Source: Malacoraja senta (Eukaryota). Taken from it: 64,000 bases of DNA. This document shows, one piece after another, positions 1-13,775 of the stretch. The DNA is taken from NCBI GenBank assembly GCA_038087875.1, contig CM075982.1, positions 63,488,001 to 63,552,000 of the forward strand, written 5' to 3'. The position numbers and the translations under genes were made by a program. Within the stretch, counting starts at the first letter, position 1, and each line of letters opens with the position of its first letter. The notes under the pieces are model-generated. The model was not told the DNA's origin and ran no database searches. It saw only the letters and a program-made list of their open reading frames with translations.

Positions 1-99
1 TTTATTGTCATGTGTATCGTGAGAAGCTTTTGTTGCGTGCTAACCAGTCAGCAAAAAGACAATACATGATTACAATCGGGCCATCCACATTGTACAGAT
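1..99 (-). mobile_element. Rex1/Babar-like LINE 3' UTR fragment
   Basis: Same sequence (tttattgtca..gaagcttttgttgcgtgctaaccagtcagc..aagacaatacatgattacaatc) recurs at 25727, 29962, 32952, 39604 and 55118, where it leads into a Rex1-type C-terminus. Confidence 0.75.
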
Positions 100-1571
100 G
101 GAGACGCATGAATTTATCAGTCTTGATTCACTTCCGTATTCCAGTTTTTCAATGGTGCGGTAACCCCTCTAGTAGTGGACGTGCAAGTGTGCTTCTGTTC
201 AACATGAGCATTACAGTGGGGCACATATTATGTCAGAAACAGCAGCCATTTTGTTTGCAGCTTCTTGGCTTAAACGAATGTCAAGCGTACCTTGCTGCAA
301 TCTTGAAGCGGTTGACAGAAACCTATTTACAGATTCTGTAATCTAATGGGGCTAGCCACAAGTTCTAACGCTCACTTCCTCTGGTGACATTTTTTTTATC
401 CTCTCTGTGTCCAACAGGCAGAAGGACAGGAAAATGATGCAAGAGGTGTTATGATAAAACTGTGCAATTGTCTTTTAATCCCTCATCTAAAATATATAGG
501 AGTTATCTGCCAAATGTCCTTGCAAATGTTTCACAGGCGCACATTTGAAATGAGGCTCTAATTTATTTACCTAAATCACCTCACTTCTACACAATGTCCA
601 TTTGCTGATTATTTATGGTAATATTCCGACATTATGGTGGTTAAAGCACTAGGCAGCAAAACAAATGTCGAGTCCAAATCACACCAAGTTTTGGAAGCCA
701 TTTATTTGTAAATTGAATTAATTAGGACTGGGAAATAAGTACGACTGGGTCTTTGGCCCAGTGTCCCTTCATTCCAAGAACCTTCTTTAAATGGAAACAT
801 TCACATGTCAACCTCTGCCTTTTTGACTGAATCCTTCCCTATCCTGTTTTTCTAGTTTGTGCACTGTGAAATGAACCTGTGGATGATACTGGTTCCTCCA
901 GATATTTCTTTTGTACCACATGTAAAAGTCAGCTTTTGTATTTCTTTTAACTATGTTGCAGCCTGTCTTAGCAAACAATAGATCTCTATAGCCTGAAGAC
1001 TAAATAAGATTTTCACCCACTCAACCATGATACCTAAGAAAATGAATCAATATCTGCTAAACCCGCCACCTGCAGAAGTATAAATTACAAAGAGGTTTAT
1101 TTGGAGATGGAGATATATACAGAAGCAGCAACAGAAACATGTTAGGTAGCAATTACAAACACTTTCAACTCATTCATCAATAGATTAAACAGACATAACT
1201 GAATTTCTTTTGATCTGGTTTCATGCAGATCTTTCAAACAAAGAATAAACATATATTTTTTTTTAAAAAGGAAAAGCCATTTAACACCAACAGACTATCT
1301 AGAAATCCTATTGTTCATTTTTGGTCTGTTACACTTTGCCTTACTAAGTTATATTTAAATGCAGGTTGGCACTGGTGCAGCCAGAAATGTAATACACACT
1401 CATGAGTATCCTAAAATTGGGCTGAATTAAGTAAAACATTTTTTTGATCTGATTTAATTCCCACATAAAATTTTATTGAAGTAGTCTAACTTTCCAACTG
1501 TGGTTCATCACAATACAGAAAGTCTTACAGTTCTTAAAAGGTACCAACTTGCAATTAAAAGCAAAGCAAAC

Positions 1572-1766
1572 TAGGGTTTGAAGAAGGGTTTTGACCCGAA
1601 ACGTCACCTTTCCTTTTCTCAAGACATGTTGCCTGACCCGCTGAGTTACTCCAGCATTTTGTGTCTATCTTTGATATATACCAGCTTCTGCAGTTCCTTC
1701 CTACCCAACCTTCGCTGCATAGATGCTGCTTCACCCGCTGAGGTTCTCCAGCATTTTTGTCTACCA
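1572..1766 (+). mobile_element. Penelope-like pseudo-LTR fragments (two variants in tandem)
   Basis: gaagaagggttttgacccgaaacgtc...gctgagttactccagcatttt matches the terminus of the GIY-YIG element at 31965-32100. Confidence 0.8.
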
Positions 1767-2587
1767 TGGCTTACTGCCTTACTGCTGTAATTGTTTTTTT
1801 CCTCATTCCCTTTGAACTTTGTGTGCAATTTATTTTCTTCACATAATCCCTAATATTCTGTCTTTAACTGTGCCCGGTCACAGACATGAAATCTCTCCTG
1901 ATAGAGAGAAGGGGCGACAATTAGTTCTAAACTGAGTATAGATAAAGTAATTGAATTTAGATCAGGTTGTAATTGAATTTGGATGCAATTTTTTACTTAA
2001 TTTACAAGAATCCGCAAATTTAACCGTCTAAAAATGCAACAAAGGCTGGAAAAACGAGTCATTCCGTGATTCAGACTTTAAATTCAACTTGTAGGTTGCA
2101 TTGAGTATTTGACTAGTGGGCAGTGGAGATGCTAAACTGCTGATCTGGTGTAGAGGATTAAACACTTTGGCATAATTGTATTACATCCATTAATGTATCT
2201 GTTACAGTGATCCACTCCTGATCACGAATGTTGCTTCCTCAGTGGTCCAGCTGTGTAATTAGTGGGTTGGGTTTTAATTATCTTAAAAGGAGCAAACTGA
2301 GATAATGATTTCTTAAAGCAAAGGTATCCCAATTTTGGGAACTCTTTCTGGTGTGATCCGGATTAGCCCTCCACCATGTGTCGTGCACATTTAACCCACC
2401 ATAGTACAATTTATGAGCAACAGGATCATTTTACGAACCATTTCCAGACTTATTGAAATTTCCTGCCAGGGTCTGATCCTTACACACTGAATCTGAATGA
2501 ATTAAAATACGATATGGCAAGATAGAATATCCATGTATGTCTCAAATCAACTCAATTATTTAGCTCAAGTTTTAAAAACTGAACAAT

Positions 2588-2915
2588 CAGGCAAGAGGTA
2601 CAGAGGTTTAAAAACTCACACCTCCAGATTCAGGGACAGTTCCTTCCCATCTGTTATCAGGCAACTGAACCATCCTATCACCAACTAGAGAGTGGTCCTG
2701 ACCTATCATCTAACTCATTGGAGGCCTTCGGTCCATCTTTAATTGGACTTTACTGGACTTTATCTTGCACTAAACCTTATTTCCTTTATCCTGCATCTGT
2801 ACACTATGGACGGCCTGATTATAGTCATGTATAAGTCTTTTCGCTGACTGGAGAGCACGCACCAATAAAAACTTTTATTGTACCTCAGTACACATGACAA
2901 TGAACAAAACTAAAC
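2588..2915 (+). mobile_element. Rex1/Babar-like LINE 3' end
   Basis: Encodes SGKRYRGLKTHTSRFRDSSFPSVIRQLN, then the shared 3' UTR and an (AAACT)n tail. Confidence 0.8.
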
Positions 2916-3120
2916 GATCTAACTATAATTCCTGCTTAAATTGTCATCTGAAAGCATAATAACTTGACAGAGTAAGGGCTAAAAAATGTGAAATCATTCT
3001 TTACCAAATTCATATCTTCATACAATATGTTCTGATTAATTATTTAGTACTTCTCAAATGTGCTGAAAAAAATAGATCGTTCTCTTCTTGGTAACTTACT
3101 TACTTTTTATTACACTCACA

Positions 3121-3158
3121 TTTAGTCACATTTCACATTGTGCTGAAATGTGACTAAA
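3121..3158. repeat. Perfect 15-bp inverted repeat with 8-nt spacer
   Basis: tttagtcacatttca-cattgtgc-tgaaatgtgactaaa. Confidence 0.95.
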
Positions 3159-3547
3159 GAAATGGGAAGCTGTGTGCATTGGTTTGAGGATGTTTTACAT
3201 TGCTTGAAGTTGAATATACTTAATGCATTCGCAATCAAATGTGCTTCAAAGAAAATTGTGCATTTTGCACATTAAAACCGAAACAGTGATGAGTTCATTA
3301 TTGAAAATAAAAGCAATATTAGGAAGTGATATCCTGAAAATGTCTCTATAATCACACCCCACTGCCAGTAACAAGAAAAAAATAGCTGGTTTTGCTTTGT
3401 GTGGTGATGCTTTCCAGTACATTATGGTTAGTTGAGCAGCTTCCTTGTTTCAGAATTTCTCAGTATAAGTAATGGCAACAAAACCCAGTGTACAATTTAG
3501 TCTCCCATTTTTAAAATATGGTGCGGGTGACCCTCATGCAGTAACTT

Positions 3548-4445
3548 GGAATCATAGAGTCGTACAGCATGGAAACAGGCCCATCGGCCCAACTTGCCCG
3601 CGACAACCAACATACCCTATCTACATGTCCCACCTGTTAGCATTTGGCCCATATCCCTCTAACCTATTCTATCCTCGTACCTGTCTAAATGTTTCTTAAG
3701 AGTTGCAATAGAACCTATTCTTTTCTTTTAAATACATCCCACTTTCCCAACGTTCCTTTTCCTTCAAACAACCTGCCCCAATCAACTTGAGTGAGTTTCT
3801 GTCTAATACCCTCAAAGATGGCCCCACCACAATTTAGAATTTTAACTGAAGATAGACAAAAAATGTTGGAGTAACAGGCAGTATCTCTGGAAAGAAGGAA
3901 TTGGTGACGTTTCAAGTTGAGATCCTTCTTCAGACTGAATCTTTCTTTATCCATAACTATCTTAAATCTAACAGAACAGTGGTTGCTGGTTCCAAAAGGC
4001 TCATCCACAAATGCTTCATCCACTTTCCATTCCCAGTTTCCCAAGACTAGAACAAGTATTACATAGAAACATACAAAATAGATGCAGGAGTAGGCCATTT
4101 GCCCCTTCAAGCCAGCACCGCCATTCAATATGATCATGGCTGATCATCCAAAATTAGTTCCCTGTTCCTGCTTTTCCCCCATATCCCGTGATTCCATTAG
4201 CCCTAAGAGCTACTGTATATCTAACTCTCTCTTTACCAATTGGCCTCCACAGCCTTCTGTGGCAGAGAATTCCACAGATTCACAACTCTCTGGGTGAAAA
4301 TGTTTTTCCTCATCTCAGTCCTAAATGGCTTACCCCTTATTCTTAAACTGTGACCCCTGGTTCTGGACTCCTCCAACATCGTGAAAAAAAATTCTGCATA
4401 CAGCCTGTCCAATCCCTTAAGAATTTTATGTTTCTATAAGACCCA
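3548..4445 (-). mobile_element. Cluster of CR1 LINE fragments with an inserted pLTR piece (~3850-3937)
   Basis: Two CR1 3' ends (3548-3716, 4061-4445) and a degenerate ORF2 segment (FEGIRQKLTQVDWGRLFEGK). Confidence 0.7.
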
Positions 4446-4705
4446 TGTTGCCCTCTCCCATATGGCGTCCTCTAGATATTGCCCGAGGAAAACTTCATAA
4501 GGAAATTCCTCACTGGTTAATTCGAAGGAAATTTATACCATCTGATACTTTTCCACCTTGCATGGTCCTTTCTATAATTATTTTCTTCATACCGTATTTT
4601 ATGATGAATTGTTTTATTCCTGTCCAATGTGCTGCAACAATGGATGCTTTATTTGGAATGCTGTTAGGCATTTCAAGTTATTGAAAAGGACCTGCTGAAA
4701 GAATA

Positions 4706-5595
4706 TGTTTAAGAAGGAACTGCAGATGCTGGAAAATCGGTTAGACAAAAATGCTGGAGAAACTCGAAGTTAGACAAAAGTGCTGGAGAAACTCAGCAGA
4801 TGAGGCAGCATCTATGGAGCGAAGGAAATAGGCCACGTTTCGGGCCGAAACCCTTCTTCAGACTGATGTGGGATGGGGGGGGGGCGGGAAGAAGAAAGGA
4901 AGAGGAGGAGCCAGAGGGCTGAGGGAGAGCTGAGAAGGGGAGGAGGAGACAGCAAGGGCTACTGGAAATTGGAGATGTAAATGTTCATGCCGCTGGGGTG
5001 CAAACTGCCCAAGCGGAATATGAGGTGCTGCCCCTCCACTTTCCGGTGGTGCTCACTCTGGCCATGAAGGAGGCCCAGGACAGAAAGGTCGGATTCGGAA
5101 TGGGAGGTGGAGTTGAAGTGCTGAGCCACTGGGAGATCAGATTGGTTATTGTGGACCGAGTGGAGGTGTTCGGCGAAACGATCGCCAAGCCTACGCTTGG
5201 TCTCACTGATGTAGATCAGCTGACAGCTAGAGCAGTAAATGCAATAGATGAGGTTGGAGGAGGTGCAGGTGAACCTCTGTCGCACCTGGAACGATTGCTT
5301 GGGTCCTTGAATGGAGTCAAGGGGGGAGGTAAAGCGACAAGTGTAGCATCTCTTGCGGTTGCAAGGGAAAGTGCCAGGGGAGGGGGTGGTGCGGGTTGGA
5401 AGGGAAGAATTGACCAGGGTGTTACGGAGGGAGCGGTCTTTGCGGAAAGCAGACGGGGGGGGGGGGGGGGGAGATGGGAAGATGTGGCGAGTGGTGGGGT
5501 CAGCTTCAGACCGGCCTCGACCCGAAACATTGCCTATTTCCTTCGCTCCATAGATGCTGCCTCACCCGCTGAGTTTCTCCAGCATTTTTGTCTAT
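4706..5595 (-). mobile_element. Penelope-like element, 5'-truncated, GIY-YIG endonuclease remnant, with inverted pLTR at the 5' junction
   Basis: ORF 4959-5285 NLIYCIYCSSCQLIYISETKRRLGDRFAEH (GIY-YIG); pLTR at 4706-4866; inverted pLTR copy at ~5517-5595; imperfect flanking duplication ctgctgaa..aatat (4692, 5596). Confidence 0.9.
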
Positions 5596-5874
5596 CTGCT
5601 GAATTAATATTGTAGCTGTATAAGCAGTTCATTGAATAGCATGCGGTGAATCAGGAGGCAAATCATTCAGTTGAACAACTGGGAAATATCTGGCACATTA
5701 ATATTGGCTTGAAAGATACAATAATATGGAAACCGTGAATTTTAATGCAAAATAATGGTGAGAAAGGCAGGGGTGTAAAGCTATTGTTGGTGAATTTATC
5801 TGTGTCAAGTTGTGATTATTTTGAAGCATTGGAAGTATTCCTAAAGGTAATTGTTTGGAGATACTGTTTCCATT

Positions 5875-6072
5875 AGAACATAGAACAGTACAGCACAGGA
5901 ACAGGCCCTTTGGCCCACAATGTTTGTTCTGAACATGATGCCACTTTAAATTGATCTCACCTGCCTGTACATGATCCATATCTCTCTATTCCCTGCACTT
6001 TCATGTCTCTTAAACGCCACTATCGTATCTACCTCCACCACCACCTCTGGCAATGTGTTCCAGGCCCCCACT
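5875..6072 (-). mobile_element. CR1 3' end fragment
   Basis: tagaacatagaacagtacagcacaggaacaggcccttt tail and CR1 3' region. Confidence 0.7.
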
Positions 6073-6075
6073 ACT

Positions 6076-6173
6076 GCGCGCGTAATGCACGCCACGCCGC
6101 ATCACATGCGTCGTGACACATAAATGATGTCTCGTAAGTGACGCGCTAATGACGCCCAAGTAGGACAGGCCCT
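6076..6173. mobile_element. PIF/Harbinger-type MITE remnant (one end only)
   Basis: CpG-rich; ends aagtaggacaggccct|TAA like the complete MITEs at 41741 and 51161. Confidence 0.65.
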
Positions 6174-7295
6174 TAAGACTCCTTCCTCACTTCCTGAGCA
6201 ATCCTTCATGATATTGTCACATGGTGCGCTCCACACCTTCATCTGAATGATGCGTGCAAGCTACATATAATGCATCACAGAGGTTTTTTTCAGTCTTGTT
6301 GAGCTCTCGATGTGGCATTCAATTTAATCCATTCTGGTCCATTTAAATCACGGTAACTATCAAGTAGCTTCAGAACTCTATCCTTAAATTAGCCTCGAAG
6401 ACCAGCTTGGTATATTAATACATCATCTACTTGGTGTCTGCATTTATCTCCTCGGAAAATACCACAGTTTTAAAATTAGTGCTAGATTTCTCAGACGTGA
6501 AATTCTAAAAGATGTTTGTCTTCGAGCCTGATTTAAGGATGTATTTCTGGGGTTAATTGATGGTTACCATGATTTAAATAGATCAGAATGGGTCATATTT
6601 TTCAGTGCGATGTGTGGTATAATCGAAACCAACTCTTAGAAAAGCTGCAGATATGTTAAATGCTATTAATAATCATTATCACCTAAAAATGTTCTGCTTC
6701 TCTAGCATTTTTGGGGGATATGTAAAACACAATGAAACTTAAAATTTCACTGATAAACTTCCAGATTTGATTAATTGTTAAGTGGGCTGATAACACTGGG
6801 AAGAACAATTGGCTTCATAACCCTTGGTTACTTGTAGCCAGAATTAATTCCTGTTTGCACCCCCACCCCCCCCCCCCCCTCCCCAATGGACCCATGCAAT
6901 CTGTGCAGATTTCATGTGAAGACAACATCGAACTTTCCCACGGTACTCTTCATTTTCTATAGAAACCCAGTGGCTCAGCTCACAGATATAATGATACATT
7001 TGCTCCAAAAATACTGCAGGACTGACTAGAATCAACCACAAATAGTCTCGATATAAAGGGAGACAACAGCTAAAAATATTAAATTCAGTGGTGTTAGGTA
7101 GTGCCTTTTCCTTTAATAAGGGAAACCTTCCTCCATCATGACCTTGTGTGATCTTTAGTGTGGTGTCTATCCTGTCGCATTTGGTGTTGCTTTGATGTGG
7201 CATCATCCTCACTTTCTCTCCATTCGTAAGCGAGACAGTTTTTTGGTGCATCTTGTCATAACGTTAGTCCATTGTTTGGATGCTTCCAGTTATCC

Positions 7296-7690
7296 TTTAG
7301 ACTTTAGAGATACAGGCCCTTCGGCCCACAGAGTCCGCACTGACAGCGATCACCCCGTACACGCGCATTATCCTACATACAAGGGACAATTTAATTTTAA
7401 TCAAAGCCANNNNNNNNNNNNNNNNNNNNNNNNNNNNNNNNNNNNNNNNNNNNNNNNNNNNNNNNNNNNNNNNNNNNNNNNNNNNNNNNNNNNNNNNNNN
7501 NNNNNNNNNNNNNNNNNNNNNNNNNNNNNNNNNNNNNNNNNNNNNNNNNNNNNNNNNNNNNNNNNNNNNNNNNNNNNNNNNNNNNNNNNNNNNNNNNNNN
7601 NNNNNNNNNCAGCACCCCTAGTCAGGATCGAACCCAGGTCTCTGGCGGCCGTAAACCAACACCTCCTCCTCTGGGCCACTGTGCTACCCC
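7296..7690 (-). mobile_element. HE1-like tRNA-derived SINE spanning an assembly gap
   Basis: SINE tail and head flank the N run. Confidence 0.75.
7410..7609. other. Assembly gap (200 N)
   Basis: N run. Confidence 1.
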
Positions 7691-7848
7691 AAGCCCTTGC
7701 TTTCTAATGTTCCTGTTCCTGTCTTATGAAAGACATTTGCATTTTTCATCTGCGAGGTTTGTTGCAGAAGTGACTGCTTCTATTGAAACAATATTCGCAG
7801 TCTCACCATGGAATACCTCAATGGTCCAACCTGCTGTATCGTATAGCA

Positions 7849-8166
7849 GTTTAGTTTAGTGATACAGCTTGCAAACAGGCCCTTCGGCCCACCATGTCCA
7901 TGCCGACCACTGATCACCCATTTGCACTAGTTCTATGTTATCCCACTTTCGCATCCACTCCCTACACACAAAGGGCAATTTACAGAGGCCAGGGAACCTG
8001 CAAACCGGCATCTTTGGGATGTGGGAGGAAACCGGTGCACCCGGATGAAACCTGTATGGTCACAGGGAGAACATGCAATTTTCACACAGACAGCATCCAT
8101 TGTCAGGATCGAACCCAGGACTCCGGCACTGTGAGGCAGCAGCATTAGCAGCTGCACCACTGTGCA
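7849..8166 (-). mobile_element. HE1-like SINE
   Basis: tRNA-like head with B box gggttcgatcc, conserved body, CR1-like tail, (AAACT)n. Confidence 0.85.
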
Positions 8167-9297
8167 GACCAAAAATCAAGTGTATGTGACCACCTCTGGT
8201 TTACTGCTGCAATGAAATCCTCTGCATCTCTCTCTTGATTTTTGGATTCTTCACCTTTAGAGAGCAACTCTCAGAAGTGTAACATTGTTCCATATCAGCA
8301 GCACATTACTTGTCGGTTTTAACTGCTGAGCCTTGGGATTAATAATTTGTGATGGGAAGACATTGCATTGCGTTGCGGTGCTAAACTGACATGTCCTGTG
8401 TCTGTTCCTCAATGTCTGGTCATAGATACATCGAATGAGTGTTTCTTCTACACAATTGACTTTTGTGGCACCAGAGACTTGGCAGAGTAGAATTGATGGG
8501 CCTCATGGCCTCATTCTGCTCCTAGAACTTATGAGATACATTGTGTTCTACTAGCATTATGAATCTGACCTTCCCTTCCCTCTATCTGAATCTGACCTCC
8601 CCTCTATCTCTTCACAGCTCATTTCAGCCACCTTAGATGTCCTTTTCATCATACCCTGGTTGTGGAGATGATTTGCACATCGCGCACACTTTTTCCCATG
8701 AACAGTTCATGTCTTTTTCAGCTCTTCTGTTGTTTTCCACAATACTTGCAACATCTAAACCCCAGCCAGCTTGGCAGTACTTCCTCTTTTCTGCAGCTTA
8801 TCAGACACCTCACCACATGCACTTCCTGCTGTTGTCCATCCAGCATTGCTAACTTGCCTTTGGATGGCTCCACAGATTAAAGTAATATTTGTTCTTATCT
8901 TTAGAGTTAATTCTGTCTGATATATGAACTGTTCCCTCCCATTGGAGCTTCCACAAATAATCTGATCTTTGATGAGCACGTCCTTCGAAATTGCAAAATT
9001 GTGAATATCTTCTAACATCAGCAGCACTTCTAACTTACTATCTCAGTATCTCTGAAAGAAACAGGAAAGCAGTTGGTGATCGCACTAACAAATAAAACGA
9101 GGGCTTGGAGGGTCAGGACAGCATTTCTTTAGTTTATCTTGCTCCACAAGAACAGAGACTTTCCACACTAAGCAATGTTGCAAAAACAGAGAGAGCAGTT
9201 GATCACGTGATACAATTTTCAAAAGTGGTTCAGCTTAGAAGCCCGTTGATCGTTGAAACCATTGTTACACGTGGCACCTATGTTACATTGACTTCAG

Positions 9298-10436
9298 AAT
9301 AGACAATAGACAATAGGTGCAGGAGTAGGCCATTCGGCCCTTCGAGCCAGCACCGCCATTCAATGTGATCATGGATGATCATCCCCAATCAGTACCCCGT
9401 TCCTGCCTTCTCCCCATATCCCCTGACTCCGCTATCTTTAAGAGCCCAATCTAGCTCTCTCTTGAAAGAGAACCAGCCTCCACCACCCTCTGAGGCAGAG
9501 AATTCCACAGACTCAAAATGTGTTTCCTCGTCTCCGTTCTAAATGGCTTACCCCTTATTCTTAAACTGTGGTCCCTGGTTCTGGACTCCCCCAACATCGG
9601 GAACATGTTTCCTGCCTCTAGCGTGTTCAAACCCTTAACAATCTTATATGTTTCAATAAAATCCCCTCTCATCCTTCTAAACTCCAGAGTGTACAAGCCC
9701 AGCCGCTCCATTCTCTCAGCAGATGACAGTCCCGCCATCCCGGGAATTAACCTACGCTGCACTCCCTCAATAGCAAGAATGTCCTTCCTGAAATTAGGGG
9801 ACCAAAACTGCACAGAATACTCCAGGTGTGGTCTCACTAGGGCCCTAGTACAACTGCAGAAGGACCTCTTTGCTCCTATACTCGACTCCTCTTGTTATAA
9901 AGGCCAACATGCCATTCGCTTTCTTCACTGCCTGCTGTACCTGCATACTTATTCATAGACTGATGAACAAGGACCCCCAGATCCCGTTGTACTTCCCCTT
10001 TTCCCAACTTGACACCATTTAGATAGTAATCTGCCTTCCTGTTTTTGATACCAAAGTGGATAACCTCACATTTATCCACATTAAACTTCATCTGCCATGC
10101 ATCTGCCCACTCCCCCAACCTGTCCAAGTCACCCTGCATTCTCATAGCATCCTCCTCACAGTTCACACTGCCACCCAGCTTTGTGTCATCTGCAAATTTG
10201 CTAATGTTACTTTGAATCCCTTCATCCAAATCATTGATGTATATTGTAAATAGCTGCGGTCCCAGCACCGAGCCTCGCGGTACCCCACTAGTCACTGCCT
10301 GCCATTCTGAAAGGGACCCGTTAATCCCTACTCGTTGTTTCCTGCCTGCCAACCAATTTTCTATCCATGTCAGCACTCTACCCCCAATACCATGTGCCCT
10401 AATTTTGCCCACTAATTTCCTATGTGGGACCTTATC
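9298..10436 (-). mobile_element. CR1 LINE, 5'-truncated, RT domain with frameshifts
   Basis: ORFs 9876-10412 (SGVPRGSVLGPQLFTIYINDLD..KFADDTKL) and 9451-9837 (RPHLEYSVQFWSP); (TATTGTC)n tail. Confidence 0.95.
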
Positions 10437-10715
10437 AGACCTTTAGGGGCTTAAGTTCAGACCTTTGGGGGCACAGTGCCAAAATGTAGGACAGGGGAGA
10501 TTCTGGATAGAGACTGTGAGGGTGGGATGTCAATGCAGTGCCTGGGCAAGATGCAAAGGATAAAAGGTATACAAGGGTCATACTTGATAAGAGAACCGAT
10601 ACTGGGAGCGAAAAGGCACTTTTATGTTAACAAATATCAGGGTCATTTTAGAACCAACAAAAAACACATACTGTATTTCCCATCACTAAAATAAAATGAC
10701 ATATTCTTAGAAATG

Positions 10716-11836
10716 TATAAGAAAGAACTGCTGGAAAAATCGAAGGTAGACAAAAAGCTGGAGAAACTCAGCGGGTGAGGCAGCATCTATGGAGCAACAG
10801 AATGGGTGACGTTTCGGGTCGAGACCCTTCTTCAGACTGATGTCGGGGTGGGGGTGGGGTGGGGGGTGGGAAGAAGAAAGGAACAGGTGGAGACAGAAGG
10901 CTGTGGGAGAGCTGGGAAGGGGAGGGGAAGGAGGGAGAAAGCAAGGACTACCTGAAATTGGAAAAGTCAATGTTCATACCGCTGGGGTGCAAACTACCCA
11001 AGCGAAATATGAGGTGCTGCTCCTCCAATTTGCAGTGGGACTCACTCTGGCCATGGAGGAGGCCCAGGACAGAAAGGTCGGATTTGGAATGGGAGGGGGA
11101 GTTGAAGTGCTGAGCCACCGAGAGATCAGGTTGGTTAATGCAAACTGAGCGGGGGTGTTGGGCGAACCGATCGCCAAGCCTGCGCTTGGTCTCACCGAAG
11201 TAGAGCAGTTGACACCTAGAACAGCAGATGTAATAGATGAGGTTGGAGGAGGTGCAGGTGAACCTCTGCCTCATCTGGAAAGACTGCTTAGGTCCTTCGA
11301 TGGAGTCGAGGGGGCAAGTAAAGCGAAAAGTGTAGCATTTCCTGTGGTTGCAAGGGAAAGTACCAGAGGAGGGGGTGGTTTGGGTGGGAAGGGACGAATT
11401 GACCAAGGAGTTACGGCGGGAGCGGTCTCTGTGGAAAGCCGAAAGGGGAGGAGATGTGAAGATGTGGCCAGTGGTGGGAACCCGTTGGAGGTGGCAAAAA
11501 TGTTGGAGGATTATCTGCTGTATGTGACGGCTGGTAGGGTGGAAGGTGAGGGGGATTATGTCCTTGTTACGAGTGGGGGGATGGGGAGTGAGAGCAGAGC
11601 TACGGGATATAGACGAGACCCTGGTGAGAGCCTCATTTATAGTTGAAGAGGGGAACCCCCTTTCCCTAAAGAATGAGGATATCTCCGAAGCCCTGGTTTG
11701 GAACACCTCATCCTGGGTGCAGATTCGGCGTAGACGGAGGAATTGGGGGTAGGGGATAGAGTCCTTACAGGAAGCAGGGTGGGAAGAAGTGTAGTATAGA
11801 TAGCCATGGGAGTCAGTGGGTTTGTAGTAGATGTCG
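10716..11836 (-). mobile_element. Penelope-like element (Neptune-type), RT C-terminus, Cys-rich linker, GIY-YIG and pLTR
   Basis: ORF 10948-11706 (FPCNHRKCYT..NLIYYICCSRCQLLYFGETKRRLGDRF); perfect 15-bp TSD atattcttagaaatg at 10701-10715 and 11837-11851. Confidence 0.95.
10808..10835 (-). ncRNA. Minimal hammerhead ribozyme core in PLE pLTR
   Basis: Reverse strand reads CUGAAGA-A-GGG-ucucga-CCC-GAAAC-GUC. Confidence 0.65.
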
Positions 11837-12247
11837 ATATTCTTAGAAATGATTACTTACAGATCTGACATAATTTGCCATATTAAAAACTTTCTTGTCA
11901 TTGCTTATATTGGACCCTGTATCTGTACACTGTGGACAGCTTGATTGTAATCATGCATTGTCTCTTCTCTGACTGGATAGCACGCAACAAAAAGCTTTTA
12001 ACTGTCCTTCAGTACACATAACAATAACAATAAAATAAAATAAAATAAAATAACTTTTGGGAATCTTTTCTGTGGGGAAGGACAATTGTATCCCTGTGGG
12101 AACTGTATTCAGTGACGTTAATTGTCAATTTTTTTAATACATTAATATTAAATAACTCAAATTGACAAGGGTGCGCTGGAATTATGACACTAAGTACAAA
12201 GGAGTTGGAAATGCCTTCCAACTAATTTCCTGTTTTATATTAATTTA

Positions 12248-12455
12248 CAATAGACAATAGACAATAGAATCAGAATCACACTTTATTCGCCAAGTATGTT
12301 TTGCAACATACGAGACAATAGACAATAGGTGCAGGAGTAGGCCATTTGGTCCTTCGAGCCAGCACTACCATTCAATGTGATCATGGCCGATCATCCACAA
12401 TCAGTACCTTGCCTTCTCCCTATATCCCTTGACTCTGCTATCTTTAAGAGCTCTA
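12248..12455 (-). mobile_element. CR1 3' end fragment
   Basis: Same 3' end and (TATTGTC)n tail as the copy at 9298. Confidence 0.75.
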
Positions 12456-12824
12456 TGGATTCTATGGATTATTCTATGGATTATTAGAATGGGAATCAAT
12501 TTATCATTCCTAGTTTGCATTAAGAACTCGTAGTCCAGATGTACCATGGGCAACCTAAGATAACCAAATCATATTGGAGCCAGGCCCGGATACACAATGA
12601 ATGTGCCAAATAGTGTTGCAGTTCTATATCCACATAATGCCCCATTTAGAATTGCATTTGTTGCATCTTTTTGGTTCCCTGTATCTCCCTCCTTCGGACC
12701 CTTGAAAGATTGAAAGCACTGGCTCTTTGAACAATATGCTACTGGTGACAAGTAGAACTTGCTCCTTGATTAGTCAAGAACAACCAATGAAGGAAAGATT
12801 TTTAAAGTCCTCCAGGTCTAGAAG

Positions 12825-13752
12825 CTTTAATGAGCATTTATTTCCAGAGGGCTATAGTACAAAAATGTCATGCTGAGGCTCTATGTCATTTGGAGTATTG
12901 TGAGCACCATGTCTGAGGAAGGATGTGCTGGCTCTGGAGGGGATCTAGAGGAGGTTTACAAGAATGATTTCAGGAATGAGTGGGTTAACATATGATGAGC
13001 GTTTGATGGCACTGGGCCTGTACTCGCTGGAGTTTAGAAACGTACCAAATAGTAAAAGGCTTGGATAGAGTAGAAGTGGAGAGGATGTTTCCACTAGTGG
13101 GAGAGTCTAGGACTAGAGATCATAGCCTCTGAATTAAAGGATGGTCCTTTAGGAAGGAGATGAGAAGGAATTTCATTAGTCAGAGGGTGGTGAATCTGTG
13201 GAATTCTTTGCCACAGAAGGCTTTGGAGGCCATGTTAATGTCTATTTTTAAGGCAGAGATAGATAGATTCTTGATTAGTATTGGTGTCAGGGATTATTGG
13301 GAGAAGGCAGGAGAATGGGGTTAGACGGGAGAGATAGATCAGCCATGATTGAATGGCGGAGTAGACTTGAGGTGCCGAATGTGCTAATTCTGCTCCTATC
13401 ACTTCTGACCTTATGACGTCAGAACATTTTCCACAATCAGAACCTTTTTTCCAGCATGGGAACATCAAATACAAGAGGGCATAGGTATAAGGTGAGAGGA
13501 GCAAAGTTTAAAGGAGATGTGCAGGACAAGTTTTTTTACCCAGGGGGTGGTGCGTGCCTGGAATGTACTGCCAGGGCTGGTGGTTGAGGCAGATACAATA
13601 GTGGAATTTAAGGGACTTTTGAAATAGGCATATGAATATGTCGGGAATGGAGGGATATGGATTATGTGCGGCAGATAAAAATTGGCATTATGTTTGGCAC
13701 AGACATTGTGGGCCAAAGGGACTGTTTTTGTGCTGCACTGTTCTGTGTTCTA
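12825..13752 (+). mobile_element. Two degenerate CR1 3' fragments in tandem
   Basis: CR1 ORF2 C-terminal sequence (gggtggtgaatctgtggaattc; gggcataggtataaggtgagagg) with two different tails. Confidence 0.8.
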
Positions 13753-13775
13753 GAATAATTCTTCCAGAAGAGTAA

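Noticed and set aside
4706-5595. Terminal inverted repeats suggesting a DNA transposon or LTR element
   Set aside because: The interior encodes a Penelope GIY-YIG region, and inverted pLTRs are a known product of PLE integration.
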